Part shown: one piece after another, positions 16,701-24,928 of the stretch
How positions within the stretch are numbered: position 1 is the first letter of the stretch
Layout: every line of letters begins with the position of its first letter
Source: a virus
Lineage: Duplodnaviria; Caudoviricetes
Direction: 5' to 3' (one strand)
DNA length: 37,329 nucleotides
Virus record (IMG/VR): IMGVR_UViG_3300027656_000021
Location: 1 to 37,329 of that record
The notes under the pieces: model-generated
Told to the model about the DNA's origin: nothing
What the model saw: the letters and a program-made list of their open reading frames with translations, nothing else
Databases searched by the model: none
Program-made: the position numbers and the translations under genes

Positions 16701-17447
16701 AGCCATGGCCTGTTTGGCTTTCTTGGCATTTTTGGCCGCAGGCACAGCAGCCATACGTTGTTTGGCCTTGTTCATTAAGTCCATTACTTCGTCGTCGTCA
16801 AGATCATCGGGCATGGCATCTCGCCATACTGCAAATTGTTCTTCTTCACTTTTGTCAGGATCGGACAACACTGCTCGCATGGGAGTAGCACGTGGGCCTT
16901 GTTGGTAATCTGGCGCTGCTGGATCACTGCCTGGTGCCTTGGTATCTTGTCTAGAAATTATTTCTAGATCTTTCAAGCCCGCCCTTTGATACGGAGGAAC
17001 TCCAGACTTATCAGGTCTAGTTAAAAAACTAAAAGAATCTTTTTCTAGTTCCCCTACAATTAAGACAACTTTACTAAATCCGTCCCCGGCAATTTTGGCC
17101 AACACTTTATCTAATGTACTAGCGTCTGCAGATGCTACACTGAACACTTCTGCATTTTGCGGAAACACTTTTCTATAAGTGGCTAGTTTTTCTTCGGGTG
17201 TCAGTGGATCATCTTTGGTCTTGGTAAATGTAGGTCTGTCTGCCCAAGGTTGACCAGTTGTAGGATCTACAAGACTGGTTCTTGACACTACAAAATACGC
17301 CTTGGCATCCATTTCTTGTGCATGATGTAACACAGCCCTTGCCAGTAACATATGTCCCTTGTGACCCATACCGCGGCCCCATCCCATCACCGCAGTGTTA
17401 TTTTGCCTAGTCTTTGCAATTTCTTCAAACAGTTGACGTAATAACAT
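13728..17447 (-). CDS. ~1239-aa polyprotein-like protein: HIGH-family cytidyltransferase-like domain followed by 6-7 unrelated modules joined at GVAE/xxE junctions
   Basis: Start moved to ATG 17447 (MLLRQLFEE, SD upstream, 1 nt after the upstream stop). WGRGMGHKGH is HIGH-like; five VAE repeat copies; ParB/Srx-like and ChaN/TIKI-like modules. Confidence 0.8.
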   Translation of the reverse strand: MLLRQLFEEIAKTRQNNTAVMGWGRGMGHKGHMLLARAVLHHAQEMDAKAYFVVSRTSLVDPTTGQPWADRPTFTKTKDDPLTPEEKLATYRKVFPQNAEVFSVASADASTLDKVLAKIAGDGFSKVVLIVGELEKDSFSFLTRPDKSGVPPYQRAGLKDLEIISRQDTKAPGSDPAAPDYQQGPRATPMRAVLSDPDKSEEEQFAVWRDAMPDDLDDDEVMDLMNKAKQRMAAVPAAKNAKKAKQAMAEISLGEGPSLPSTLKSIATNGEPITQLYGKLKAMAKRWVENNGSLKGFHRNAAGQSAQWFHNFYFDKLQADLYALSKQAPRYAVPLINYLKDASEDRESRIAFTEISRSLPPILFKMGKQMGDQSLTQFAYSWNSRREEYESYLANLEAEADTGDEYDEPQVKPEKSKVPGQQNAQVEQIVNDILAKLPKNVAGDIRNAIARAPNKLQALQQELSKRKIQGVAEGPTDDSRFQRMMGKIQKSTPTPMSGYVALSFASERRSKKIKGVKHNGKPMPDVIDDPEEFLGGKIEFTPDQIEQQLMSIGEKYGWDSIDPGQGQGYTEMFFDTSREYTSKNQHHLAANIVRTVNEINKFFNGMNSSLQATGLPGYKTDVWQGMGPPNDTNQINDLNQIVNIAKDQTAKLNAIKSSVNNYRMNSEKRDNGVAEATSAAVRMQRAWERQQAKSAASRKRGEELLNPKKKEEPNFSDKDDEEEISKQGVAEGSQEINWVKPDFDFEWHEVEEQSRMKQVPVDVRQYYQKHFPNKDAWLKAVQNGKAVVVPPDHAYEIRNAPFDKASLQKVLAPTGHEGPIGPAKEKRVNDLFDKGQVEMPIILKTSQGLWLIGGKTRLGTANYVKGLPAKVWLISGKQGVAEGKLTESAIFLNPNTVIVGQAHGQPLELPPKTLKKVQAIAAKHGVWYEGNGTDRSYTKGQIDRYVGSWDDEVAKTADSNDPKWLYVLFANVDENNRVQRVGIDPNDTIFNRLLDTAKDNSFQGIGYTSQALQKFLQMTSEGKYDFLKMSQQPATQKNLTRFLKAGEALMWPSNWEQYPNKAGKIAKAATVDVRDQYLASRKAGVYVTGSGHLKAVQNITGNKRFKGINKATMKQFDNDKKDSLKEFSRGNDRDDEGGDDPYKYPEPEHFSRSIDFFGQFEADHFDKEDMNDNTGEFKGYWDYDGKLKQIAYFKFDNPKRTGSNHPGMGWYYEPQNESVAENAWDRLQREKALESASKV
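13785..13799 (-). repeat. junction repeat copy (GAAAGTGTGGCGGAA, ESVAE)
   Basis: Read directly; in frame. Confidence 0.8.
14802..14816 (-). repeat. junction repeat copy (CAAGGTGTGGCGGAA, QGVAE)
   Basis: 14799-14819 matches 15252-15272 at 20/21 nt. Confidence 0.9.
15255..15269 (-). repeat. junction repeat copy (CAAGGCGTGGCGGAA, QGVAE)
   Basis: Read directly; in frame. Confidence 0.9.
15423..15437 (-). repeat. junction repeat copy (AACGGTGTGGCGGAA, NGVAE)
   Basis: Read directly; in frame. Confidence 0.85.
16029..16043 (-). repeat. junction repeat copy (CAAGGTGTAGCGGAA, QGVAE)
   Basis: Identical over 15 nt to the copy at 8938, which is in a different gene. Confidence 0.9.
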
Positions 17448-17448
17448 A

Positions 17449-18651
17449 TTAATCTTTCCTTGGAGCCCATGTGGCTTGATCAATAGCTTTAACGTGTTGA
17501 CCAGTTACGGGATCTATATATACATACCCTTCAGGTTTGGTTTGTCTAATGCCACTGTGTGTGCCTGCGCTGGCTCGTTTGTGCATGTCCATCTTGGCTG
17601 CACTTAGTTTTTCCACAGCAGTTAACACCGCATCTAGACCTGGATTATTTAAAATTTCTGTTGTTCTCGATCTAGGAATCTTTTTGGCATCCATGGCATT
17701 CTCGGCCCATGCTTTGAACTTTTCTTTAACTCCGGCTACTCGCAGATTTTCGTTATAGAATTTATACAGTATATCACCAAACAAGTTAACAACTTCTTCT
17801 TCACCGCTAGGACCTGGTCGTTTACGTTGTAGGAAACTGTCGATAGCCTGCTCGTTTTCATCAATAAAAGCATTAGCATCGTTCAACAAGTCGGTATCGA
17901 TGCCTGGTGCTTTTTCTACATAAGTAGTTCCTTGAACTATAACGTCTTTAGTTGACAATCCTTCCGCATCGGGATATCTGCCCTCATCGCTACCAATTGA
18001 TTGATAATACCCAGTAGCAGCCACCATCACTTTGGCACCTCTGATACGTTTACCTAGGGTACTGCCTTTGCCGATATGGAAAGTGGTAATGTTGGGAGTA
18101 AATTCATACTCTCCGGTTTCGGGATTTAATATTGCTTGCGCAGGTTCACCGTTGAGTTTTTTGCCAGGATAAAATAATAGGCCGCCCTCTAAAAATCCTT
18201 CCTCGGGACTGATTTGTTCAAAGTAAGGCCATAGGTTAGCAAGTTTATCGGCATAGTCCTGTCTTTGTTTTTCTTTACCTGGTTTAGTTTCACCAGTTCC
18301 TAGAATAAAGTTTTTAATATCTTCTGGGCTATTCATTTCAGTACTAACACCGCTCTTAGTCTGTGTTGTACCACGCTTTAAATAGTCCCAAGCATTTTTA
18401 GGAAATAAACGGAAAGTTCCATCTTCGTCGCGTCCCCAATATACCACAGGACTGCCATCCCATTTAATTTCGTTGGCACCGCCAGTGCTGGCCATGCCTT
18501 GAACAATTCTCACAGCAGCGCGACCACCTTCGGCACCAGCAGGTATGTTCTTTGATGGTATACCTGTAAAGATTAAATCTTCGACGTGTTGATACTTACG
18601 CCCAACAGTTGGTGCAGCAGATTCTTTGAGAACAAATTCACGAAATCTCAT
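17449..18651 (-). CDS. RNA-ligase/ATP-grasp-like nucleotidyltransferase (KxDG family)
   Basis: EIKWDGSP (motif I-like), LEGGLLF, KPEGYV, HVKAID; N-terminus MRFREFVLKE. Confidence 0.6.
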   Translation of the reverse strand: MRFREFVLKESAAPTVGRKYQHVEDLIFTGIPSKNIPAGAEGGRAAVRIVQGMASTGGANEIKWDGSPVVYWGRDEDGTFRLFPKNAWDYLKRGTTQTKSGVSTEMNSPEDIKNFILGTGETKPGKEKQRQDYADKLANLWPYFEQISPEEGFLEGGLLFYPGKKLNGEPAQAILNPETGEYEFTPNITTFHIGKGSTLGKRIRGAKVMVAATGYYQSIGSDEGRYPDAEGLSTKDVIVQGTTYVEKAPGIDTDLLNDANAFIDENEQAIDSFLQRKRPGPSGEEEVVNLFGDILYKFYNENLRVAGVKEKFKAWAENAMDAKKIPRSRTTEILNNPGLDAVLTAVEKLSAAKMDMHKRASAGTHSGIRQTKPEGYVYIDPVTGQHVKAIDQATWAPRKD

Positions 18652-19394
18652 ACCAATTTATTCCTCATACGCACAAACCATTCGTTAGTGCCAACATCGG
18701 GAGTAGCGGCTTGCCAACTAGAACTGGCTCTGGCCTTGGCAAATATTTCATTGCGTTTAGCATCATCGGGAATTGCAGCCATGATACTTTCTACACTGCC
18801 CAAATCAGCAGCAGTTGCATTATTACCCAACAAATAACGTGCAATGTCATCTAACTCATCACTTAAAAAGTCACTCTTCTTACCGGCAGCATCACGTTTG
18901 TAAAGACCTTCGTCTGGACTCCACAACAGTCCTTGACTGCTGGCCAGCGTGTTCATCATCATTTGTTTATTGACACCCTTATATGGACTGCCTTTGGGTA
19001 TGTTATGTATATGAAACTTATAAACTCTAGCCGCGTTTTTAACTACCTTTATGTCTACTTGATGATACTCATCGCCAAACGGTAGTTTTATATGCACAGT
19101 TACAGCAATACGTCTAGTTTCTAAACCTTTTTCCTGTAAATATTTTTCTAACTCAATACGAATTTGTTTTGAATCTTCTACTTCAAAAAATTCAGCGGCA
19201 ATATCTAAATCAATCATGACATCCAAATCGCCGCTCATTTTTCCAGGTGTTGGAGTTGCGCCGCTGCCTATCCTGTAGATATTGAGACCAGTACCTTGTA
19301 GATACTTTTCTAATTGTTTTTCTAAATCTTCAGCAATGGCCTGATCAAACGCTGTGCTTTCTGGCCATATGTTCCCGCCTTCAGTTAACATCAT
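18648..19394 (-). CDS. Pol-beta-superfamily nucleotidyltransferase
   Basis: IGSG...SGDLDVMID plus HQVDI as candidate third Asp. Confidence 0.7.
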   Translation of the reverse strand: MMLTEGGNIWPESTAFDQAIAEDLEKQLEKYLQGTGLNIYRIGSGATPTPGKMSGDLDVMIDLDIAAEFFEVEDSKQIRIELEKYLQEKGLETRRIAVTVHIKLPFGDEYHQVDIKVVKNAARVYKFHIHNIPKGSPYKGVNKQMMMNTLASSQGLLWSPDEGLYKRDAAGKKSDFLSDELDDIARYLLGNNATAADLGSVESIMAAIPDDAKRNEIFAKARASSSWQAATPDVGTNEWFVRMRNKLV

Positions 19395-19731
19395 CGTAAT
19401 GGCCTTCTTCGATATTTTTTAATTCTTGTCTGTGAAGATTTTCACAAATCTCTTTTACTAACTCTTCGTCTAATTCATTTGGTAAGTTTTTTTCTTCAGT
19501 GAACGTTTCTTTGTATACTTTGTAAGCATGATTTACCATTGCTTCAAACGCCTTGGCTGTAAATTTAGTCTTATTGACTTTGGCTTCTTTTACCTTCATG
19601 ACAAAAGGATAATAATTTTTCCTGTAGAATTCAGGATCATTGTTCATAAAGTATTGCAGATCGTCTGCTAGATCATAACTAGGAGAAAATGCTTCTTCAG
19701 AACCGGGACTAAAAATTTCAAATATTTTCAT
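19381..19731 (-). CDS. hypothetical protein
   Basis: 116 aa, MKIFEIF start; first gene downstream of a TAAATA. Confidence 0.7.
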   Translation of the reverse strand: MKIFEIFSPGSEEAFSPSYDLADDLQYFMNNDPEFYRKNYYPFVMKVKEAKVNKTKFTAKAFEAMVNHAYKVYKETFTEEKNLPNELDEELVKEICENLHRQELKNIEEGHYDDVN

Positions 19732-19763
19732 AAATTTACACCATCGAAAAGACGACTATGCAT

Positions 19764-19769
19764 TATTTA
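19764..19769 (-). promoter_or_regulatory. TAAATA late promoter core
   Basis: Intergenic GATAAATA at the head of the cargo block. Confidence 0.45.
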
Positions 19770-19788
19770 TCGAGTATTTGAAATTAGG

Positions 19789-20139
19789 TTAGTGGTTTAG
19801 TAAAACAAAATTCACGGTGCCGTCAGTGTAAGTGATAACACAACGTAGCCATACAAAATTGCCAGTGAAGTTTTGCAGCACAGATACGTCGGTATTGGTC
19901 AAATACTCTAGATCAGTACTGTCTATGTCAAACCAGTCAGCAGTTACAGGATCAATGGCCAATGCACCCTGCATCTTAAATGTTCCTATAAATCCAGTAA
20001 ATTTTAGTTGAACTGTGTGTAGACCGTCACTACGTCCGTAATAACCGTCACCTTTGAATTTTTCACTGGTGATTGTTGCCACTGAACTATCAGATGGGTG
20101 ACTGCTGCTTGAGACTAATGTGCTGCTTAATACTGGCAT
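19789..20139 (-). CDS. hypothetical beta-rich protein, possibly structural
   Basis: 116 aa; GDGYYGRSDGLHTV..NFTGNFVWLR; TAAATA at 20146-20151 directly upstream. Confidence 0.65.
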   Translation of the reverse strand: MPVLSSTLVSSSSHPSDSSVATITSEKFKGDGYYGRSDGLHTVQLKFTGFIGTFKMQGALAIDPVTADWFDIDSTDLEYLTNTDVSVLQNFTGNFVWLRCVITYTDGTVNFVLLNH

Positions 20140-20144
20140 AGTAA

Positions 20145-20792
20145 TTATTTAGTTAGGTTTATAATTTTATCAATTCTAAGTATATCGCTGTTAACGAACA
20201 TCTTAACCATGGACATAGTGGCATCGTCTTTAACATAGAAGTAAAACCCTCCCCCACTGCGGTCTTTACAAAGATTTTTTTTACAAGTTTTAGTCATCCT
20301 AATCTTGTTTATCTTTGCACTCCAATCTACAAAACTACTGTAGTTTTTTTTAGTTTTGCCTATCGTGACTTTGTAAGTAAAAGGAACCCGTTTTAATATT
20401 ATTTCACCTGTATTGATTACAACATTGTCTGGAGGCCCACACATGTATTTTGTGCGATGTACATCTAAATTGGCCATAGTCACTGCAGAATCTAAGTGAT
20501 TGGTATAAAAACTCAGTAGAGGTTGTTCAATTCTCAATTCATAGTCGCTAAAACTTTTTAATAAATTCAATACCTCAACAGAATAAAAATAGTCTGCTGG
20601 ATTTTTGATATTGAGACATTGATATTTGGGAAGATTATTCGAAGCATATTTTCCCAACATGTGGTCAGCATGGTCAGTGTTGTTTCCTCTAAACCATGCT
20701 GCCACTGGACAAATTATCACAGTTTTATATCTGTATACGCCATTAAATAGTTTTTGACTATTTTTAACTTTGATCTGTTGAAGATTGCTCAT
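20145..20792 (-). CDS. hypothetical protein
   Basis: 215 aa ORF overlapping the end of clpA. Confidence 0.7.
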   Translation of the reverse strand: MSNLQQIKVKNSQKLFNGVYRYKTVIICPVAAWFRGNNTDHADHMLGKYASNNLPKYQCLNIKNPADYFYSVEVLNLLKSFSDYELRIEQPLLSFYTNHLDSAVTMANLDVHRTKYMCGPPDNVVINTGEIILKRVPFTYKVTIGKTKKNYSSFVDWSAKINKIRMTKTCKKNLCKDRSGGGFYFYVKDDATMSMVKMFVNSDILRIDKIINLTK

Positions 20793-23016
20793 GATATTCT
20801 AATTTAGCAATTTTAACCTTTGGAATTATGACCAACTGATTGTCAACAATACCAATAGTGATGATGCCACCGTTCTTAAGATCTCCAAACAACATCATTT
20901 TGGCCAACGGACGTTTGATTTCTTTGTCAATGACTCGTTGTAATGGCCTTGCCCCCATTTTGCTATCGAATCCTTGTTTGACCAACCAATCTACAGCATC
21001 ATCACGCAGTTTAATTTTGATACCCTTTTCATGCACCTGATCTCTAAGTTCAACCATAAACTTACCAACAATTTTAATCATTGTTTCTTTACTGAGTTTA
21101 GCAAACGTAATGATAGCGTCTAATCGATTGCGGAATTCTGGTGCAAAAAACTTCTTGATATCAGCATCACTGTAATCTTTTTCTTGTTGTCCAAATCCTA
21201 TGTGATTTTTCTCACTGGCCTGTGCGCCAGCATTGGTAGTCAAAATCAACACAATATTACGACAGTCTGCTTTTTTACCATTTGATCCAGTGATAAATCC
21301 ATTGTCCATCATCTGCAACAAGATAGTTGACACATCGGGATGTGATTTCTCTACTTCGTCAAACAACAACACAGCATTGGGGTTCTCTTGAATCTGCGTG
21401 ATCAACAAGCCTGCGTTTTCTTCGAATCCCACATAACCTGGGGGTGAACCAATCAGTTTACTTACACTGTGTTTTTCTTGGTATTCACTCATGTCAAATC
21501 GCAATAACTTAACACCAAGATGCTTACTCAACGATTTAGCAGTTTCGGTCTTGCCACAACCTGTCGGGCCCATGAACACAAACGATCCAACGGGTTTGTT
21601 TTCTGATTTAAGACCTGCACGAGCCACAAGAATTTTATCAACAACAGTCTCAATAGCAGAATCTTGCCCATACACCTCACTCTGCAAGTTGCTCATTAAA
21701 TTACTAAGATTACTGGATTCTGATTCCATGATTACTTCAGCGGGCAGTTGAATCATTTTGCTAAGTTCAAATTGAATTTCTTCTTCTCCAATGACTCGAT
21801 TGTCTGCTAATTTGATATTAAATCGTGAACATGCACAATCAATCAAATCAATTGCCTTGTCCGGTAATTTTTTATCTGTTTGATATTTGACACTGAGTTT
21901 GATTGCTGCCTGAATAGCATCGTCCTTGATTTTGACATTGTGGAATGTTTCATAGTATTTTTTAATACCTTTGAGAATCTGCACAGACATTTCTTGTGTT
22001 GGCTCATCAACGGTGATGCGCTGGAATCGACGCATCAGTGCGCGATCTTTTTCAAAGTGCTTGCGATATTCTTCCCAGGTAGTTGATGCCACTACTTTGA
22101 TATTGCCCTTACTCAATGCAGGCTTCATCATGTTGGCAAGATCGTTGGCACTGTTGCTGGCAGATCCAGCACCACTGATCATATGTGCTTCATCAATGAA
22201 TAACACAGTCTTGCCTTTTTTCTGCAGAGCCGCCAACACCAGTTTAAATCGTTCTTCAAAGTCACCACGATACTTGCTACCAGCCAGCATAGCAGATATG
22301 TCTAGGTTATACACAGTGTAATTTTTAAGAAACTCTGGAACAGCACCGTTGACAATATTAAACGCCAGTCCTTCTGCAATGGCGGTTTTGCCAACACCTG
22401 GGTCGCCCACCAAGATAACATTATTTTTACTACGGCGACCCAACGCTAATGCAATATTTTCAAGTTCTTCTACTCGTCCGATAACAGGATCAACTTTGCC
22501 TTTGGCCACCGAGTCATTGAGATTGGTTGTAAACGCTTTAAGTGCTTTGGTTGACTGATTTTCTGTTTCTTCATCTGTGCTGTCTAATTCGTTGTTTAAA
22601 TAGTCAGCAAATTTATCTTTGTCAATATTGGCCTGTTGTATGTAATAGAATGCAAAGGACTTTTTCTCACTCATAATGGCAAGGAAGACATCGGTACATT
22701 CAATTTTTTGACGACCATTAAACAGGACCTGGGTAAATGCACGATTGAGAGCACGTTCAACGGCCTGAGTTTTTTTAGGTTTAGTTACACCTTCTGGTAT
22801 CACAATCTCAGTCAATTTGTTTTTAAGATAGTGTTCGAGATTTTTACGTATATAGTCAGTATCTGCCCCAAATCCAGAAACACATTTGCTAAATGATTCT
22901 TCGCATAACATGGCAAAACACAAATGTTCTAATGTGATATACTCGTGATTTAATTTTTTAGCAACATCTATAGCTTTATCAAACACCATTTGCAGTTCGC
23001 TACTAGGTTCTACCAT
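20764..23016 (-). CDS. clpA: ClpA-like Hsp100 AAA+ unfoldase
   Basis: Clp-N (HEYITLEHL), GDPGVGKT, LFIDEAH, GPTGCGKT, FDMSEYQE; IGF ClpP-docking loop; 750 aa with no ClpB middle domain. Confidence 0.93.
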   Translation of the reverse strand: MVEPSSELQMVFDKAIDVAKKLNHEYITLEHLCFAMLCEESFSKCVSGFGADTDYIRKNLEHYLKNKLTEIVIPEGVTKPKKTQAVERALNRAFTQVLFNGRQKIECTDVFLAIMSEKKSFAFYYIQQANIDKDKFADYLNNELDSTDEETENQSTKALKAFTTNLNDSVAKGKVDPVIGRVEELENIALALGRRSKNNVILVGDPGVGKTAIAEGLAFNIVNGAVPEFLKNYTVYNLDISAMLAGSKYRGDFEERFKLVLAALQKKGKTVLFIDEAHMISGAGSASNSANDLANMMKPALSKGNIKVVASTTWEEYRKHFEKDRALMRRFQRITVDEPTQEMSVQILKGIKKYYETFHNVKIKDDAIQAAIKLSVKYQTDKKLPDKAIDLIDCACSRFNIKLADNRVIGEEEIQFELSKMIQLPAEVIMESESSNLSNLMSNLQSEVYGQDSAIETVVDKILVARAGLKSENKPVGSFVFMGPTGCGKTETAKSLSKHLGVKLLRFDMSEYQEKHSVSKLIGSPPGYVGFEENAGLLITQIQENPNAVLLFDEVEKSHPDVSTILLQMMDNGFITGSNGKKADCRNIVLILTTNAGAQASEKNHIGFGQQEKDYSDADIKKFFAPEFRNRLDAIITFAKLSKETMIKIVGKFMVELRDQVHEKGIKIKLRDDAVDWLVKQGFDSKMGARPLQRVIDKEIKRPLAKMMLFGDLKNGGIITIGIVDNQLVIIPKVKIAKLEYHEQSSTDQS

Positions 23017-23048
23017 TTTGTTTTTCCTTTTAATACAAGATTTGTTTT

Positions 23049-23077
23049 ATTATAACAGAATTTTTATCAACAATCAA
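23049..23077 (-). promoter_or_regulatory. sigma70-type promoter for clpA
   Basis: TTGATT-17bp-TATAAT. Confidence 0.65.
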
Positions 23078-23931
23078 CCGGTGGATTTTTTGTGATTATT
23101 AAATTCATTTTGTAATTTTAGTATTCGATCGACTAAAATAATGTCGGTTATCTCGGGCACACTGACAGTTACCTTAACCAACAGATCACCAGTTCTTCCG
23201 TTGGTTGAATTGTTAAACCCACGACCCTTGCATGCAAACTCAGTGCCATGCTGCGTACCCGCTCGTATTTTTAAATCTAATTTGGTTCCATCTAATGATT
23301 GAATTTTTTTATTACATCCAATCATTGCTTCGAACACAGAGATCTGCAACATAAAAATTATGTTGTCGCCTATCCTTTGATACAACGGATCCGACTCAAC
23401 TATCACAGTGACATTTAAATCACCACGTTGCAGACTTGGATGCGCATCGTCACCTAGTCCTTGGTACTTGATAGTTTGTCCATGACTGATGCCTGGAGGT
23501 ACATTAATTGCCACTGTTTGTTTTTTACCTGACGGCAATGTGTAGGTTGCTTCAAGTTGTTTTCCTAAGAAACTGTCCTTGAATGATACCTTGCAATTAA
23601 TATTTAAATCTCTATTTTTTCTCATACCTTGAGAAAATGGATCCCACTGACCACCCTGTTGCCCAAAACTAAATGCTTGGCCAAATATATCTTCAAATCC
23701 GCCAAATCCACCTGTGCGTACATGGATGTGTGGTCGATGCAACTGTTCGTTGTCGTATTGTTGTCGTTTGGCAGCATCGCCAAGGGTGTCGTATGCTTGG
23801 CTTATTGATTGAAAAGTTTTTTCGTCGCCGCCACGATCAGGATGATGTTTCATAGCCAACTTTTTGTAGGCTTTTTTTATATCATCCTGCTCTGCGTTTT
23901 CTTTTACACCTAATGTTTCATAGTAGTTCAT
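23074..23931 (-). CDS. dnaJ: DnaJ-family co-chaperone (class B/CbpA-like, no zinc finger)
   Basis: J-domain YYETLGV...HHPDRGG, G/F region, C-terminal GDLNV/GDLLV. Confidence 0.92.
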   Translation of the reverse strand: MNYYETLGVKENAEQDDIKKAYKKLAMKHHPDRGGDEKTFQSISQAYDTLGDAAKRQQYDNEQLHRPHIHVRTGGFGGFEDIFGQAFSFGQQGGQWDPFSQGMRKNRDLNINCKVSFKDSFLGKQLEATYTLPSGKKQTVAINVPPGISHGQTIKYQGLGDDAHPSLQRGDLNVTVIVESDPLYQRIGDNIIFMLQISVFEAMIGCNKKIQSLDGTKLDLKIRAGTQHGTEFACKGRGFNNSTNGRTGDLLVKVTVSVPEITDIILVDRILKLQNEFNNHKKSTG

Positions 23932-23938
23932 ACTACTA

Positions 23939-23967
23939 ATTATACAGTCTTAGACAGTAAAGGTCAA
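23939..23967 (-). promoter_or_regulatory. sigma70-type promoter, probably giving a leaderless dnaJ mRNA
   Basis: TTGACC-17bp-TATAAT with 7 nt to the ATG and no SD. Confidence 0.7.
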
Positions 23968-24503
23968 TCTCTTGGCGGCATAAAATCGCTGTCAAATGGT
24001 TGTGCTGGCCCCATTGGTCTTCTATTGGCACTTGGCATACCGAGCGTTGGAGTTATTGTTGCTGTTGATCCAAAACCACCGGCAGTATTTCCGCCCATTG
24101 ACTGTGAGCCAAAACTGCTGGGTGTTGAAGAACCAAAGCCACTGGAGTTGCCAAATCCTCCAGCCGCCGGAGAGCCATATGTTGTTGTGACACTCTGTGC
24201 CATTGGTTGCATACCGCCATTGTTTGCTCCTCCAAGTTTTTCCTGTGTTCGTCCCCATGCTGCCAGACCTAACACTGCACCCATTGCGATGTGGAATAGA
24301 CCAGCACCTTGTAGAGTTAAGGGATTCCATTGGCTTGAAACTTGACCGTGATTTAAAGACTGTAATAGACTCCATAGGATTGGAAATATAACCATGTCCA
24401 TGACGCAGACCAGCATATACATCCAACCCATCATTGGACGCCATTTGCTGTTCATCCAATCTTCTTTCTTTTGCTCGCTTGCGCTTTTAACTTCTTCTGA
24501 CAT
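23964..24503 (-). CDS. holin-like protein (GTA 3TM-holin type)
   Basis: WMNSKWRPMMGW...GAVLGLAAWGRTQEK with hydrophobic segments and a Gly/Ser-rich tail; in the lysis cluster. Confidence 0.65.
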   Translation of the reverse strand: MSEEVKSASEQKKEDWMNSKWRPMMGWMYMLVCVMDMVIFPILWSLLQSLNHGQVSSQWNPLTLQGAGLFHIAMGAVLGLAAWGRTQEKLGGANNGGMQPMAQSVTTTYGSPAAGGFGNSSGFGSSTPSSFGSQSMGGNTAGGFGSTATITPTLGMPSANRRPMGPAQPFDSDFMPPRD

Positions 24504-24549
24504 AGTTTTCGCTCCTATTTTCTAATTTAAACCAACATCCTGAGTCTAG

Positions 24550-24927
24550 TTACTTCTTCCCACCGTTGTATAATTGTCTGTCTTTGAACTTTTCTAACTC
24601 TGCCACACGAAACTGCAAGGTGTCAATGATGGCACGGTTTCCGGCAGCACGGGTCACAGCTTCTGTGTTGGCCTGCATCAAGTCTTGGCGTAGTTTTTCA
24701 CGGGCCAGTTCAGCACCCATGTTTGGTGCTTGTTTGTTGTCTGATGTCACCACCAACTGCATCTTGCTCTCAAGAATGGTTAACTGATGATTAACATGAG
24801 ACAGCGCATTCATCAAATACACCACACAGGCAAACATGATTGGTAGCACAGCAAATGTTACCTTTTCGATCAGTGCCCCTTTGGCTTCACCAGCACTCAT
24901 CTTTTCTTTGATTTGTTCCAATTCCAT
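24550..24927 (-). CDS. single-TM coiled-coil protein
   Basis: TM VTFAVLPIMFACVVYLM followed by heptad-like sequence. Confidence 0.65.
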   Translation of the reverse strand: MELEQIKEKMSAGEAKGALIEKVTFAVLPIMFACVVYLMNALSHVNHQLTILESKMQLVVTSDNKQAPNMGAELAREKLRQDLMQANTEAVTRAAGNRAIIDTLQFRVAELEKFKDRQLYNGGKK

Positions 24928-24928
24928 T

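Noticed and set aside
17448-17483. ORF-track start of the 1251-aa protein
   Set aside because: Overlaps the upstream gene; ATG 17447 has an SD and gives the shared targeting-like N-terminus.
24022-24459. 145-aa alternative-frame ORF inside the holin-like gene (also 4388-4609 and 25748-26014)
   Set aside because: No lipobox or recognisable motif, unlike the embedded spanin; likely chance, though not excluded.
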